DNA from: Dehalococcoidia bacterium
Lineage (GTDB): Bacteria; Chloroflexota; Dehalococcoidia; Tepidiformales; Tepidiformaceae
Direction: 5' to 3'
Length of the DNA: 64,000 bases
Assembly (NCBI GenBank): GCA_046328225.1
Contig: JAXLWZ010000004.1
Location: forward strand, 99,240 to 163,239
Shown here: one piece after another, positions 1-8,487 of the stretch
Layout of the letters: every line of letters begins with the position of its first letter
Numbering within the stretch: the stretch's first letter is position 1
Notes under the pieces: generated by a model
What the model saw: the letters and a program-made list of their open reading frames with translations, nothing else
Database searches by the model: none
What the model was told of the DNA's origin: nothing
Program-made: the position numbers and the translations under genes

Positions 1-56
1 AGATCACCGGCGGCGCCGCCGATAACCCGCTGCGCGCCGTGGCGTACAACGGCTAG
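1..56 (+). CDS. 3' end of an unidentified upstream gene (partial, C-terminal 17 codons ...AVAYNG*)
   Basis: Open frame from the window edge to TAG at 54-56; too short to assign a product. Confidence 0.3.
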   Translation, partial: ITGGAADNPLRAVAYNG

Positions 57-68
57 CGGGAGGCCTCG

Positions 69-1928
69 TTGAACACCCAGAAGCAGATCATCCTCATCGT
101 CACGCTGTTCTTCGTCTTCGTCGGCAGCTGCGCGGCCTACGCCGTCATCGACCTGCCGATTCGCGCGCAAGACCAGACCGAGTGGCACCACTCCCAGTCT
201 ATCGAGCGCGGCGCCCTCCTCTTCGCGAACAACTGCCGCACCTGCCACGGCAACGTCGGCGAAGGCGGCGTGGGGCCGGCCCTCGATGCGACCAACCCGC
301 GGGACTTCCAGAACCAGGACCCGCTCGTCCTCAAGAACAACAAGGCCCTCCTCAAGCGCACCCTTTCCTGCGGCCGCGCCGGCACCCTCATGCCCGCCTG
401 GCTGAACACGAACGGCGGCGCCCTCAACGAGCGCCAGATCGACCACCTCATCGACCTCCTTACGTCACCCGTCGATGCGAAGTACGTCGATGAAGCCGGG
501 AATCCGACGAGTGAGGGCTGGTTCTATGCCCTCGAATTCGCCCATAACCTGAACCACGCGACGGCCATCTCCGTCGGCGGCGATACGCTCGGCACCATCG
601 CCAACGCCCACCTCCTCGGCATCGCCGAGTTGAGCGCGGCCAACGGCAACGTCGACCCGTACGCCATCATCGAGCGCGGCCAGAAGGTCACGCTTCCGCC
701 GACGCTGGCACATCCCAAGGGCCGCGAGTACCTCATCCGCAAGGACAACGAGACCCTCGCCAAGATCGCCGAAAGCCAGGCGGTCGGCGCCATCATCCTC
801 GCCGAGTTCAACGGCCTGCCTTACAAGTTCGATGAGAAGTCCGCCAAGCTGACCCTTCTCAACGAAAGCGGCCAGGAAGTCCCGGGACTCTTCCCCGGCG
901 ATACCCTCAAGCTCCCCGATAACTCGCGGTACGTCGTCAAGACCGGCGACACCATCGAGGCCATCGCGACCGCCCACGGGCTTCGCCCCGCCGACGTCTC
1001 CGGCAATGGCAACAACGCCAAGGCCCTCGGCACCACCAACCAGACCGAGGCCCTCGAAGGGGCGCGCAAGATCCGCGTGCCTTCGACGTACGTCGTCCAG
1101 CCGGGCGATTCCGTCGCCACCATCGCGACCAACCACGGCCTGACGCCCACGGACTTCCAGAGCCTCAACGGCCTCACCGCCGAGACCGTGCCCGGCGCCG
1201 GCCAGGAACTCAAGCTCGACGACGCCGCCACCTATCTGGTCCAGCCTGGCGACAACCTCGGCACCATCGCGGTCTCCCACAAGACCACGCCCGCCGACCT
1301 CGCCAAGCTGAACGGCATCCAGCTCACCGACCCGGTGACGCCGCAGGTCATCATCACGCTCCCGAAGGTCGACAAGTACGTCGTGAAGGGCCAGAGCCTC
1401 GACGACATCGCGAAGACCCTCTCGAATGTGACCGCCTCCGAACTCGGCGACGCGAACAGCGTGCCCGAGACGGCCGTCCTCCGCATCGGCCAGGGCCTCG
1501 TGCTCCCGACCGCCGCGCGGGGCAGCGCTCCGCCCGACGCCCGCAACCCCGGCACCGCCTGTGTCGAGCACGCCATCCCGGACGCGGTCTTCCAGACCCT
1601 CCCCGGCGTGGGCACGCCCCAGGCCCAGGTGTCGCCGCCGGCGGCACAGTCGAAGGACGTCACCATCACCAGCGGCGCCAACGACTTCACCGTCACCGCC
1701 GATGGCACCAAGTCCGACCTGAACAAGGGTGTCGTGGCCATCGCCAAGGGCACCGCGGTGAAGTTCGTGAACCAGGTGGGCATCCACACCATCACCGTGA
1801 ACGGCACGAAGGACGGCGCCGACTTCAAGGGCACCGACACCCGGACGCTCACCTTCAACAACGCGGGGACTTTCAAGATCACCTGCGACTTCCACCCCGC
1901 GATGCTCGCGACGATCTTCGTCCAGTAG
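69..1928 (+). CDS. Membrane-anchored c-type cytochrome fused to 4-5 LysM repeats and a C-terminal amicyanin-like cupredoxin domain
   Basis: TTG start with GGGAGG RBS at 58-63. N-terminal TM helix IILIVTLFFVFVG. Heme-binding CRTCH (CxxCH) with distal Met in GTLMPAW. Repeated LysM signatures (YVVKTGDTIEAIATAHGL, YVVQPGDSVATIATNHGLTP, YLVQPGDNLGTIAVSH...LAKLNGI, YVVKGQSLDDIAKTL). C-terminal type-1 Cu ligand pattern H...CDFHPAM (C-x2-H-x2-M as in amicyanin). Confidence 0.8.
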   Translation: MNTQKQIILIVTLFFVFVGSCAAYAVIDLPIRAQDQTEWHHSQSIERGALLFANNCRTCHGNVGEGGVGPALDATNPRDFQNQDPLVLKNNKALLKRTLSCGRAGTLMPAWLNTNGGALNERQIDHLIDLLTSPVDAKYVDEAGNPTSEGWFYALEFAHNLNHATAISVGGDTLGTIANAHLLGIAELSAANGNVDPYAIIERGQKVTLPPTLAHPKGREYLIRKDNETLAKIAESQAVGAIILAEFNGLPYKFDEKSAKLTLLNESGQEVPGLFPGDTLKLPDNSRYVVKTGDTIEAIATAHGLRPADVSGNGNNAKALGTTNQTEALEGARKIRVPSTYVVQPGDSVATIATNHGLTPTDFQSLNGLTAETVPGAGQELKLDDAATYLVQPGDNLGTIAVSHKTTPADLAKLNGIQLTDPVTPQVIITLPKVDKYVVKGQSLDDIAKTLSNVTASELGDANSVPETAVLRIGQGLVLPTAARGSAPPDARNPGTACVEHAIPDAVFQTLPGVGTPQAQVSPPAAQSKDVTITSGANDFTVTADGTKSDLNKGVVAIAKGTAVKFVNQVGIHTITVNGTKDGADFKGTDTRTLTFNNAGTFKITCDFHPAMLATIFVQ

Positions 1929-1955
1929 CGTTCGCGAACCACCCCGAACCACGAC

Positions 1956-1990
1956 GAAGGGAGGCCGCAAGGCCTCCCTTCGCCGTTTCC
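1956..1990 (+). terminator. Putative intrinsic terminator after the cytochrome/LysM/cupredoxin gene
   Basis: GC hairpin gaagggaggcc-gcaa-ggcctcccttc followed by a weak T run (gccgtttcc). Confidence 0.4.
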
Positions 1991-2010
1991 ACGCCACCCG
2001 CTCCGGCGGT

Positions 2011-2039
2011 TTGACGCTCACGATCCCCATGGCTACGAT
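2011..2039 (+). promoter_or_regulatory. Candidate sigma-70-type promoter for the two mini zinc-ribbon genes
   Basis: TTGACG (2011-2016), 17-bp spacer, TACGAT (2034-2039); about 60 nt upstream of ATG 2099, which has a GGAAGGGGG RBS. Confidence 0.4.
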
Positions 2040-2098
2040 CCCGACGCAAGAAATCGAGCGCGTCGCTTCGTCGCGCCACTTCGGAAGGGGGACTGGGC

Positions 2099-2218
2099 AT
2101 GGCAGCGCAGACCGGCAAGCGGTACACGTGCCCCAAGTGCGGATCGGAATTCATCGTCACCAAGGGCGGCGATGGCGAGCTCATGTGCGGCGATACTCCG
2201 CTCGAGCTGAAGAAGTAA
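2099..2218 (+). CDS. 39-aa zinc-ribbon mini-protein (MAAQTGKRYTCPKCGSEFIVTKGGDGELMCGDTPLELKK)
   Basis: ATG with strong RBS; CPKC ... C..D Cys pattern; not in the ORF track (<60 aa) but clearly paralogous to the next ORF. Confidence 0.55.
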   Translation: MAAQTGKRYTCPKCGSEFIVTKGGDGELMCGDTPLELKK

Positions 2219-2232
2219 GGAGTACCACGACC

Positions 2233-2376
2233 ATGGCAGTGCAACTCGGCAAGCGCTACAAGGACGAGCAGACCGGCATCGAGCTCCTCGTCATCAAGCC
2301 CGGCAACTGCGACCTCAGCGTCAGCGGCCGCCCCATGGAGCTCATGCAGCCCAAGGTCCTTCCTTCGGCCGACTGA
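2233..2376 (+). CDS. 47-aa paralog of the preceding mini-protein with a degenerate zinc ribbon (MAVQLGKRYKDEQTGIELLVIKPGNCDLSVSG...)
   Basis: Same MAxQxGKRY...E(F/L)(I/L)V(T/I)K(G/P)G...L core, but the CxxC ligands are replaced (KDEQTG). In frame with track ORF 2011..2376. Confidence 0.5.
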   Translation: MAVQLGKRYKDEQTGIELLVIKPGNCDLSVSGRPMELMQPKVLPSAD

Positions 2377-2399
2377 GCCCCCACACCTCGAGCGACGCG

Positions 2400-2432
2400 A
2401 AACAGGCGGGCATCCCCCGCCTGTTTTGTTGT
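2400..2432 (+). terminator. Rho-independent terminator
   Basis: acaggcggg-catccc-ccgcctgt hairpin followed by TTTGTTGT. Confidence 0.65.
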
Positions 2433-2458
2433 CCCCGCCCACCCGCTAGGATCAGCCC

Positions 2459-2953
2459 ATGGGCTATTGGGACCTCATCGAAGCCCGCATCCAGGAGGCC
2501 ATCGAGGGCGGCGCCTTCAAGGACCTCCCCGGCGCCGGCCGGCCCCTCGCCTTCGATGACGCCGACAAGCTCGCCGGCGACGACTGGCTCGGCTTCAAGA
2601 TCCTCCGCAACGGCGACATGACACCTGAGTGGATGATGCTCGGCCGCGAGATCGAGCACGACATCGCCCGCCTCGAAGAGACCGCCCGCCGCTTCCACAA
2701 CTTCGCTCGCTGGGCCGCCGAGGAAGACGACTGGCCTGCCTACGCCGGCCGCCTCGCCCGCGTGCGCGAACAGTATGCGGACCTCGCCCATCGCATTCGC
2801 CGCAAGCAGGACCGCTTCAACCACAAGGTGCCCTCGCCCGCCCTCGAACGGCCGGGCCTGTGGGTCGAATACCTCCTCGAACGCCTCGATGAATCCCTCG
2901 CCGCCGCCGGCGCCCCCGAGGGCCTCCTCGCCACCACGAAAGACATCGCATGA
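2459..2953 (+). CDS. DUF1992 (DnaJ-C28 homology) domain protein
   Basis: N-terminal WDLIEARIQEAIEGGAFKDLPGAGRPL is the DUF1992 signature; ATGA overlap with the next gene. Confidence 0.7.
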   Translation: MGYWDLIEARIQEAIEGGAFKDLPGAGRPLAFDDADKLAGDDWLGFKILRNGDMTPEWMMLGREIEHDIARLEETARRFHNFARWAAEEDDWPAYAGRLARVREQYADLAHRIRRKQDRFNHKVPSPALERPGLWVEYLLERLDESLAAAGAPEGLLATTKDIA

Positions 2954-3399
2954 CACTCAAGGACACTATCGCCCACGACCTCAACGAGGCCATGCGCGCG
3001 AAGGACGAGACCCGCAAGTCCGCCCTCCGCATGCTCACCGCCGCCCTCAAGAACGCCGAGATCGATGCCCGCGGCAAGCCCTTCGGCGATGCCGAGGCGG
3101 TCGTGGTCATTCAGAAGCAGGTCAAACAGCGCCGCGATTCCATCGACGAGTTCACGAAGGCGAACCGCGAGGACCTCGCCGCGAAGGAACGCGCCGAGCT
3201 CGGCATCCTCGAGACCTACCTCCCCGCGCAGGCATCCCGCGAGGAGATCGAAGCCGCCGCCCGCCGCATCGTCGCCGAAACCGGCGCGTCCGGCGCCCGC
3301 GACATCGGCAAGGTCATGCCGCTCATCGTGAAGGAGTTCGCGGGCAAGGCCGATGGCCGCACCGTGAACGAGGTCGTCCGCGCCGTCCTCGGCGCATGA
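2950..3399 (+). CDS. yqeY: GatB/YqeY domain protein
   Basis: 149 aa with the YqeY-family pattern (KDxxRKSALRMLTAALKNAEID...EEIEAAARRIVAETGASGARDIGKVM). Confidence 0.8.
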   Translation: MTLKDTIAHDLNEAMRAKDETRKSALRMLTAALKNAEIDARGKPFGDAEAVVVIQKQVKQRRDSIDEFTKANREDLAAKERAELGILETYLPAQASREEIEAAARRIVAETGASGARDIGKVMPLIVKEFAGKADGRTVNEVVRAVLGA

Positions 3400-3460
3400 C
3401 CGCACGAGGCATACCGCGACACCGGCGCCGCCGCCCAACCTGATATCCTCCGGTGGAGCC

Positions 3461-5605
3461 ATGCTGCGCCGCCGTCCCCATCGCGTCGTCACCGGAAATC
3501 GCGCCGCCGCGTTCGGCGTGCTGCTGGCTGCGTCCGTCGCGATCCTCCTTTCGCCCATCCTTCCCGCGCGCCAGGAGGTGCGCGAAGGCGACCTCGCGCC
3601 GCGCACCTACCCCGCCGCGCGCGACGCCCAGTACCCCTCCGAGGCCCTCACCGCCGCCGCCCGCGACGAGGCGGAGCGCCAGGTCGAGCCCGTGCTCCTG
3701 CCGCCGAGCGCCGCCGTCGGTGCCCGCCAGGCCGATGCCCTCGCCGTGTTCCTCGCCCAGGTCCGCGATATCCGCGCCCGCCCCGTCGCCGCGCAGCAGC
3801 AGCTGGCCGAACTTAACGCCCTGCCCGCGGCTGCCCGTGTCACCTCGAACGCCCGCTCCTACCTCATCCTGCTCGAACGTGCCGCCTTCGACGCTTTCAC
3901 CGAACGCGCGCGCAAGGCCCTGGCGGAGGTCATGGCCGGCCCCATCGGCAAGGACGAAGTCGCCGCCAAGCTGAACGAGTACCTCGCCCGGCAGGGTAAC
4001 AACCCCGGCACCGAGGTCGAACAGACCCTCCTCCGAGACACCCTCCGCGCCTTCGTCGAAGCGAATGTCGAGGTCGACCAGCCGGCCACCGACGCGAAAC
4101 GCGACGCCGCCCGCGCGAACGTCTCGCCCGTCATCGTCACCTTCACCCGCGGCCAGGTCATCGCCACCGAGGGCCAGTTACTTGATGCCGGCACCATCGA
4201 AGCCCTCCGCGAAACCGGCACCATCGAGGACGGCTTCGATTACTACCGCATCGGCGGCGCCGGTCTGTTCGCCGCCGGGATGGGCGTCCTCCTCGGGCTG
4301 TTCGCGTTCCAGCTCCAGCCGTTCTCGGCCGCGCCGGGCAGACGGCTGTTCGCCACCGCCGCGCTCGTGGTGGCCGCCGTGGCCGCCGCGCGCCTGCTGC
4401 TGCCGGTGGTGACGCCCGATACGGACCAGCGCTCGCTCGGGTACGCCCTACCCGTGGCCGCGGCGGCGATGGTTGTGGCTTCCTACTCCGAGCTCTCCTT
4501 CGCACTTGCCGTGGCCGCCGTGACCGGGTTCGCCGCCGCGTTCGCGGGCGCCGTCGCCCCCGACCTCGCCGGCTCCGGCTTCATCTCCTCCCTCGAAGCG
4601 CTCGAGTTCGCGATGGTCTACGCCACGGCCGGCTTCGTGGGCGCGGCCGCCGTCCACCGCGCCGAACGCCTTGGGCGCTACATCTGGGCCGCGCTTGCCG
4701 TTGCCGCGGCCGGCGCCGGGGCCGTCGCCGTCTTCTGGCTGGTGAGCGAACCGCACGAGACCATGCCGCTGGGGTGGGCACTGGGCACAGCCGCCACCGG
4801 CGGGGTCGCTTCCGCGCTCATCGCGCTCGGCTGCTTCGTCGGGCTGCCGGGCCTGTTTGGCGTCACCACCCGCCTGCAGCTCATGGAGCTCACCCACCCG
4901 GGCCACCCGCTCCTGCGGCGCCTCCAGGATGAGGCCCCCGGCACCTACCACCACAGCATGATGGTCGGTGCCCTCGCCGAGCGCGCCGCCGACGGCATTG
5001 GCGCCGATTCCCTCCTCGCCCGCGTCGGCGCCTATTTCCACGACATCGGCAAGCTCGAACGCCCCGTCTACTACATCGAAAACCAGCTCGAAGGCGCCGC
5101 GAGCCCCCACGACGCGCTCACTCCCACCGAGAGCGCGACCTTCATCCGCGACCACGTCGTCAACGGCCTCGAACTGGCCCGCCGTTACCGCCTGCCGCGC
5201 CCCGTTCGCGACTTCATCCCCGAGCACCACGGCACCCGGCTCGTGACCTACTTCTATCGCCGCGCGATGCAGGCCGACGCATCCCAGGAGCCCGGGCCGT
5301 TCCGCTACTCCGGCCCACGTCCCCAATCGCGCGAGACCGCCATCGTCATGCTCGCCGATTCCTGCGAGGCCATCGTACGGGCGAACCAGGAACGCACGCG
5401 TCCGGCCATGGAGGACCTCATCGACGGTATCCTCGCCGAGCGCCTGGCCGAAGGTCAGCTCGATGAGTGCGACCTCACCATGCGCGAACTCCAGGAGGTG
5501 GCCGCCAGCTTCAAAGCCACCCTCCGCGCCGTGTACCACCCGCGCATCGCCTACCCGAGCCCCGCGCCCGAGGAGATCGCCCGCATCGCCCAGCGCACGA
5601 ACTGA
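3461..5605 (+). CDS. pgpH: 7TM-receptor with intracellular HD hydrolase (PgpH/YqfF-type c-di-AMP phosphodiesterase family)
   Basis: N-terminal signal/TM, a long extracellular region, multiple TM helices, then the HD domain motif HHSMMVGALAERAADGIGADSLLARVGAYFHDIGKLERP. Confidence 0.8.
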   Translation: MLRRRPHRVVTGNRAAAFGVLLAASVAILLSPILPARQEVREGDLAPRTYPAARDAQYPSEALTAAARDEAERQVEPVLLPPSAAVGARQADALAVFLAQVRDIRARPVAAQQQLAELNALPAAARVTSNARSYLILLERAAFDAFTERARKALAEVMAGPIGKDEVAAKLNEYLARQGNNPGTEVEQTLLRDTLRAFVEANVEVDQPATDAKRDAARANVSPVIVTFTRGQVIATEGQLLDAGTIEALRETGTIEDGFDYYRIGGAGLFAAGMGVLLGLFAFQLQPFSAAPGRRLFATAALVVAAVAAARLLLPVVTPDTDQRSLGYALPVAAAAMVVASYSELSFALAVAAVTGFAAAFAGAVAPDLAGSGFISSLEALEFAMVYATAGFVGAAAVHRAERLGRYIWAALAVAAAGAGAVAVFWLVSEPHETMPLGWALGTAATGGVASALIALGCFVGLPGLFGVTTRLQLMELTHPGHPLLRRLQDEAPGTYHHSMMVGALAERAADGIGADSLLARVGAYFHDIGKLERPVYYIENQLEGAASPHDALTPTESATFIRDHVVNGLELARRYRLPRPVRDFIPEHHGTRLVTYFYRRAMQADASQEPGPFRYSGPRPQSRETAIVMLADSCEAIVRANQERTRPAMEDLIDGILAERLAEGQLDECDLTMRELQEVAASFKATLRAVYHPRIAYPSPAPEEIARIAQRTN

Positions 5606-5642
5606 GCTGGGAAGCGGCCCGCCTGCCTGCTAGAGTGCCGCC

Positions 5643-6362
5643 ATGGCCGTCCCCGCCGTTCGCGCGCTCACCTTCGATGTCTTCGGCACCGTCGTCGATT
5701 GGCGCTCCAGCATCATCCGCGAAGTCGCCGCCACCGCCGCCGGTGCCGGCGTCAGCGGCGATTGGCCCGCCTTCGCCGACGAATGGCGCTACGACGGCTA
5801 CATCGCCGGCATCGGGCGCATCAACCGGGGCGAAGCGCCCATGGCCACGGCCGACGCCATCCACCGCGCGAAGCTCGACGAGCTGCTCCCCCGCTACGGC
5901 CTCGGCGCGCTCGATGAGGCCGCCCGCGACCACCTCAACCGCGCCTGGCACCGCCTCGACCCGTGGCCCGATTCCGCTGCCGGGCTCGCGCGCCTGCGCA
6001 CGGGCTACATTGTCTCCACGCTCTCGAACGGCAACGTCTCGCTGCTCGTGAACATGGCCAGGCATGCCGGGCTTACCTGGGATTGCATCCTCAGCGCCGA
6101 ACTCACGGGCGCGTTCAAGCCCATGCCCCGCTGCTACACCGAAGCGGCCCGCCTCCTCGGCTTCGCGCCGGGCGAGGTCATGATGGCCGCCGCCCACAAG
6201 GGCGATCTCCGCGCGGCCGCGAAAGCCGGCCTGCGCACCGCGTTCATCCCCCGCCCGCTCGAAGCCGGTCCGAATCGCGAGGTCGACCTCGCCCCGGAGG
6301 CGGAGTTCGATATCAATGCCGCCGACTTCCACGACCTGGCCACGCAGCTCGGCTGCGCCTGA
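5643..6362 (+). CDS. Haloacid dehalogenase type II (HAD superfamily hydrolase)
   Basis: N-terminal LTFDVFGTVVDW (DxxGT-type nucleophile motif) and the L-2-haloacid dehalogenase layout. Confidence 0.7.
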   Translation: MAVPAVRALTFDVFGTVVDWRSSIIREVAATAAGAGVSGDWPAFADEWRYDGYIAGIGRINRGEAPMATADAIHRAKLDELLPRYGLGALDEAARDHLNRAWHRLDPWPDSAAGLARLRTGYIVSTLSNGNVSLLVNMARHAGLTWDCILSAELTGAFKPMPRCYTEAARLLGFAPGEVMMAAAHKGDLRAAAKAGLRTAFIPRPLEAGPNREVDLAPEAEFDINAADFHDLATQLGCA

Positions 6363-6365
6363 GGG

Positions 6366-7115
6366 TCACGCCCCGCGCAGCCGCTCCGCGAGAAAGGCGA
6401 TGGCCGTGTCGGCGCACTCAGGCGGCGAATCCGCATGGAGCCCCGGGTACGCCGTGAACCGCTTGTCCTTCGTGCCCAGCATCCGGAACAGCCGCACCGT
6501 CCCCGTGAACGCGAACCGTTCGTCGTCCAGCATCGCGAAGAACTGCACGGGCACGGTCACGTTCGGGGCATCGGCGATGTGCCGCGGCACGATGTGGCCC
6601 CGCACCGCGCTTGACCCTTCGAGCCCGCAGAGCCCGAGCACGGCCGCCTTCACCAGCGCCTCCGCCGCCACGAACGGGAGCCCGAACATCGTCCCCATCG
6701 AGAGGCCCCAGTAGCCCACGCGCTCCGCATCGATTTCGTCCAGGGCCGAAAGCGCATCGAGCGTCGCCTGCCAGTCCGCCACCATCCGGTCGATTGGCCC
6801 GTTGCGCCACATCGCCCGGTAGAGGGTGTCGTCGTCCGTCGTGTTCGTGATCGCGCCGCGCTCGCCGTGTTCGATGCCATCGATGACCGCCGCCGCGAAC
6901 CCTTCGCGCCGCACCAGCAGGCCCGCCCGCGCCATGATTTTCGGGTCCTTCTTGTGCGAACGGCCCCCGTGCCCGACGAGCACGAGCGGCACCGGCCCGG
7001 GCGCCGCACCGTCCTTCGTCCACAGGTACCCGGGGAACCGGTCGCCATCCCGTTCGATGATGAAACGCCGTTCGCGCACGCCATCCGTGACCGTCGCGGC
7101 CCCATCCCATTCCAT
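6366..7115 (-). CDS. Alpha/beta hydrolase, dienelactone-hydrolase-like
   Basis: Nucleophile elbow GLSMG and dienelactone-hydrolase-like length; start taken at MEWDGAAT (the track ORF extends to 7226). Confidence 0.6.
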   Translation of the reverse strand: MEWDGAATVTDGVRERRFIIERDGDRFPGYLWTKDGAAPGPVPLVLVGHGGRSHKKDPKIMARAGLLVRREGFAAAVIDGIEHGERGAITNTTDDDTLYRAMWRNGPIDRMVADWQATLDALSALDEIDAERVGYWGLSMGTMFGLPFVAAEALVKAAVLGLCGLEGSSAVRGHIVPRHIADAPNVTVPVQFFAMLDDERFAFTGTVRLFRMLGTKDKRFTAYPGLHADSPPECADTAIAFLAERLRGA

Positions 7116-7192
7116 GCTCGAACCTCGCAGCAGTACCTTCGCGCCGCACTCTACGGGGGCGCCACCGCCGCGTCGACGCCGCCGCGCGATGG

Positions 7193-7672
7193 CTACCGCT
7201 CGATCGCCGGCGAACCCGCACGCCACACCAGGTGCCGCGGCCGCGACGTGCTCTCCCCTCGCGGCCCGTACGTCACCAGCAGCGCCGACTCGATATCGAA
7301 CTCGAAGAGCACATGGTCACGGCTATGCCCGCCGCTCGCGAGGAACGCAGCCTCGACCGCCCGCAGCAGCACCGCATCGTCGCGAGGACGGGCGGTGCCA
7401 GTGAGTGCGAGCTCGTCGTCGCGGTCCGGCATCCCCTGCGTGTGGATCGCGACACGCGGGTCACGCAGCAGGTCCCGCCGCTTCGGCCCGGGAATGATGA
7501 GCCCGTAGAGCCCGTCCCCGCGCTGGATCGGGCAGAACGGGTGCAGGCGCGGCCCGCCATCCGGCCGCACCGTCGCCAGGTATCCCAGCCCGATCCCGGC
7601 GAAGTACATGATCTCCCGCCCGCGCGCCGCCATCTCCGGCGCTTCCGCCGCGAAGCCTGCCCAGTTCGCCAT
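7193..7672 (-). CDS. Pyridoxamine 5'-phosphate oxidase (PPOX)-family FMN/F420-binding protein
   Basis: PPOX split-barrel-like sequence (YFAGIGLGYLATVRPDGGPRLHP...). Confidence 0.6.
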   Translation of the reverse strand: MANWAGFAAEAPEMAARGREIMYFAGIGLGYLATVRPDGGPRLHPFCPIQRGDGLYGLIIPGPKRRDLLRDPRVAIHTQGMPDRDDELALTGTARPRDDAVLLRAVEAAFLASGGHSRDHVLFEFDIESALLVTYGPRGESTSRPRHLVWRAGSPAIER

Positions 7673-7878
7673 CTCGAAGCCTCCTCACGTGATACGCACC
7701 GCAACGTTAATCCGCCCACTCTCTGCCCGCCCGCGCGATGCGATAGAATGGATCCACAACCACCCGGGATGTTGCCACTGTCGCGGACACGCATCATGTC
7801 AGGTTCGAACTTCCCCGGCGGCCTTCGCCAGCCGCGGATCCCGGTGTGTGCCAGTCCTTTCTCACGGTCCCTTTCACG

Positions 7879-8487
7879 ATGAAAAAACGGGTGGGCGTTC
7901 TCGCCCTCCAGGGTGATTTCCGCGAGCACCGCGAAGTGCTCGAAACGCTTGGCCACGAAGTCCTCGAAGTCCGCAAGCCGGCCCAACTCGATGGCCTCGA
8001 CGCCCTCATCATCCCCGGCGGCGAAAGCACCACCATCGCCCGCCTCATCATCAGCAACGGCTTCCAGCAGCCCCTGCGCGATTTCTGCGCCAGCGGCCGT
8101 CCCACCTGGGGCACCTGCGCCGGCGCCATCCTCCTCGCCAAAGAGGTCGACAACCTCGACCGGCCCGGTATCGAGACCATGCATATCGCCGTCCACCGCA
8201 ACGCCTTCGGCCGCCAGGTCGATAGCTTCGAAGCCGACCTCAACGTCCGCGGCCTCGAAGGTGGCCCCGTGCGCGCCGTCTTCATCCGCGCGCCCCTCAT
8301 CCAGCGCGTCGACCCGCCGGCCGAGGCCATCGCCACCCTGGACGACGGCACCATCGTCGCCGCGCGCGAGCGGAACCTGCTCGCCATCTCCTTTCACCCC
8401 GAGCTCACCGGCGACACCCGCCTGCACGAGTTCTTCCTCACCATCGGCACGCCCGCCCGCGAGCCCGCCATCGAGGTCGCCGGATGA
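7879..8487 (+). CDS. pdxT: Pyridoxal 5'-phosphate synthase glutaminase subunit PdxT
   Basis: VGVLALQGDFREH ... IIPGGESTT ... GTCAG catalytic Cys region; start at MKKRVGVL. Confidence 0.85.
   Translation: MKKRVGVLALQGDFREHREVLETLGHEVLEVRKPAQLDGLDALIIPGGESTTIARLIISNGFQQPLRDFCASGRPTWGTCAGAILLAKEVDNLDRPGIETMHIAVHRNAFGRQVDSFEADLNVRGLEGGPVRAVFIRAPLIQRVDPPAEAIATLDDGTIVAARERNLLAISFHPELTGDTRLHEFFLTIGTPAREPAIEVAG

Noticed and set aside
465-2030. Long antisense ORFs (e.g. 465..2030-, 4448..5539-, 9299..11140-, 29703..31583-, 42053..45214+, 62206..62902+) overlapping well-supported genes
   Set aside because: Arg/Gly/Ala-rich, low-complexity translations typical of off-frame reading in ~70% GC DNA; the opposite strand carries recognisable domain motifs in each case.
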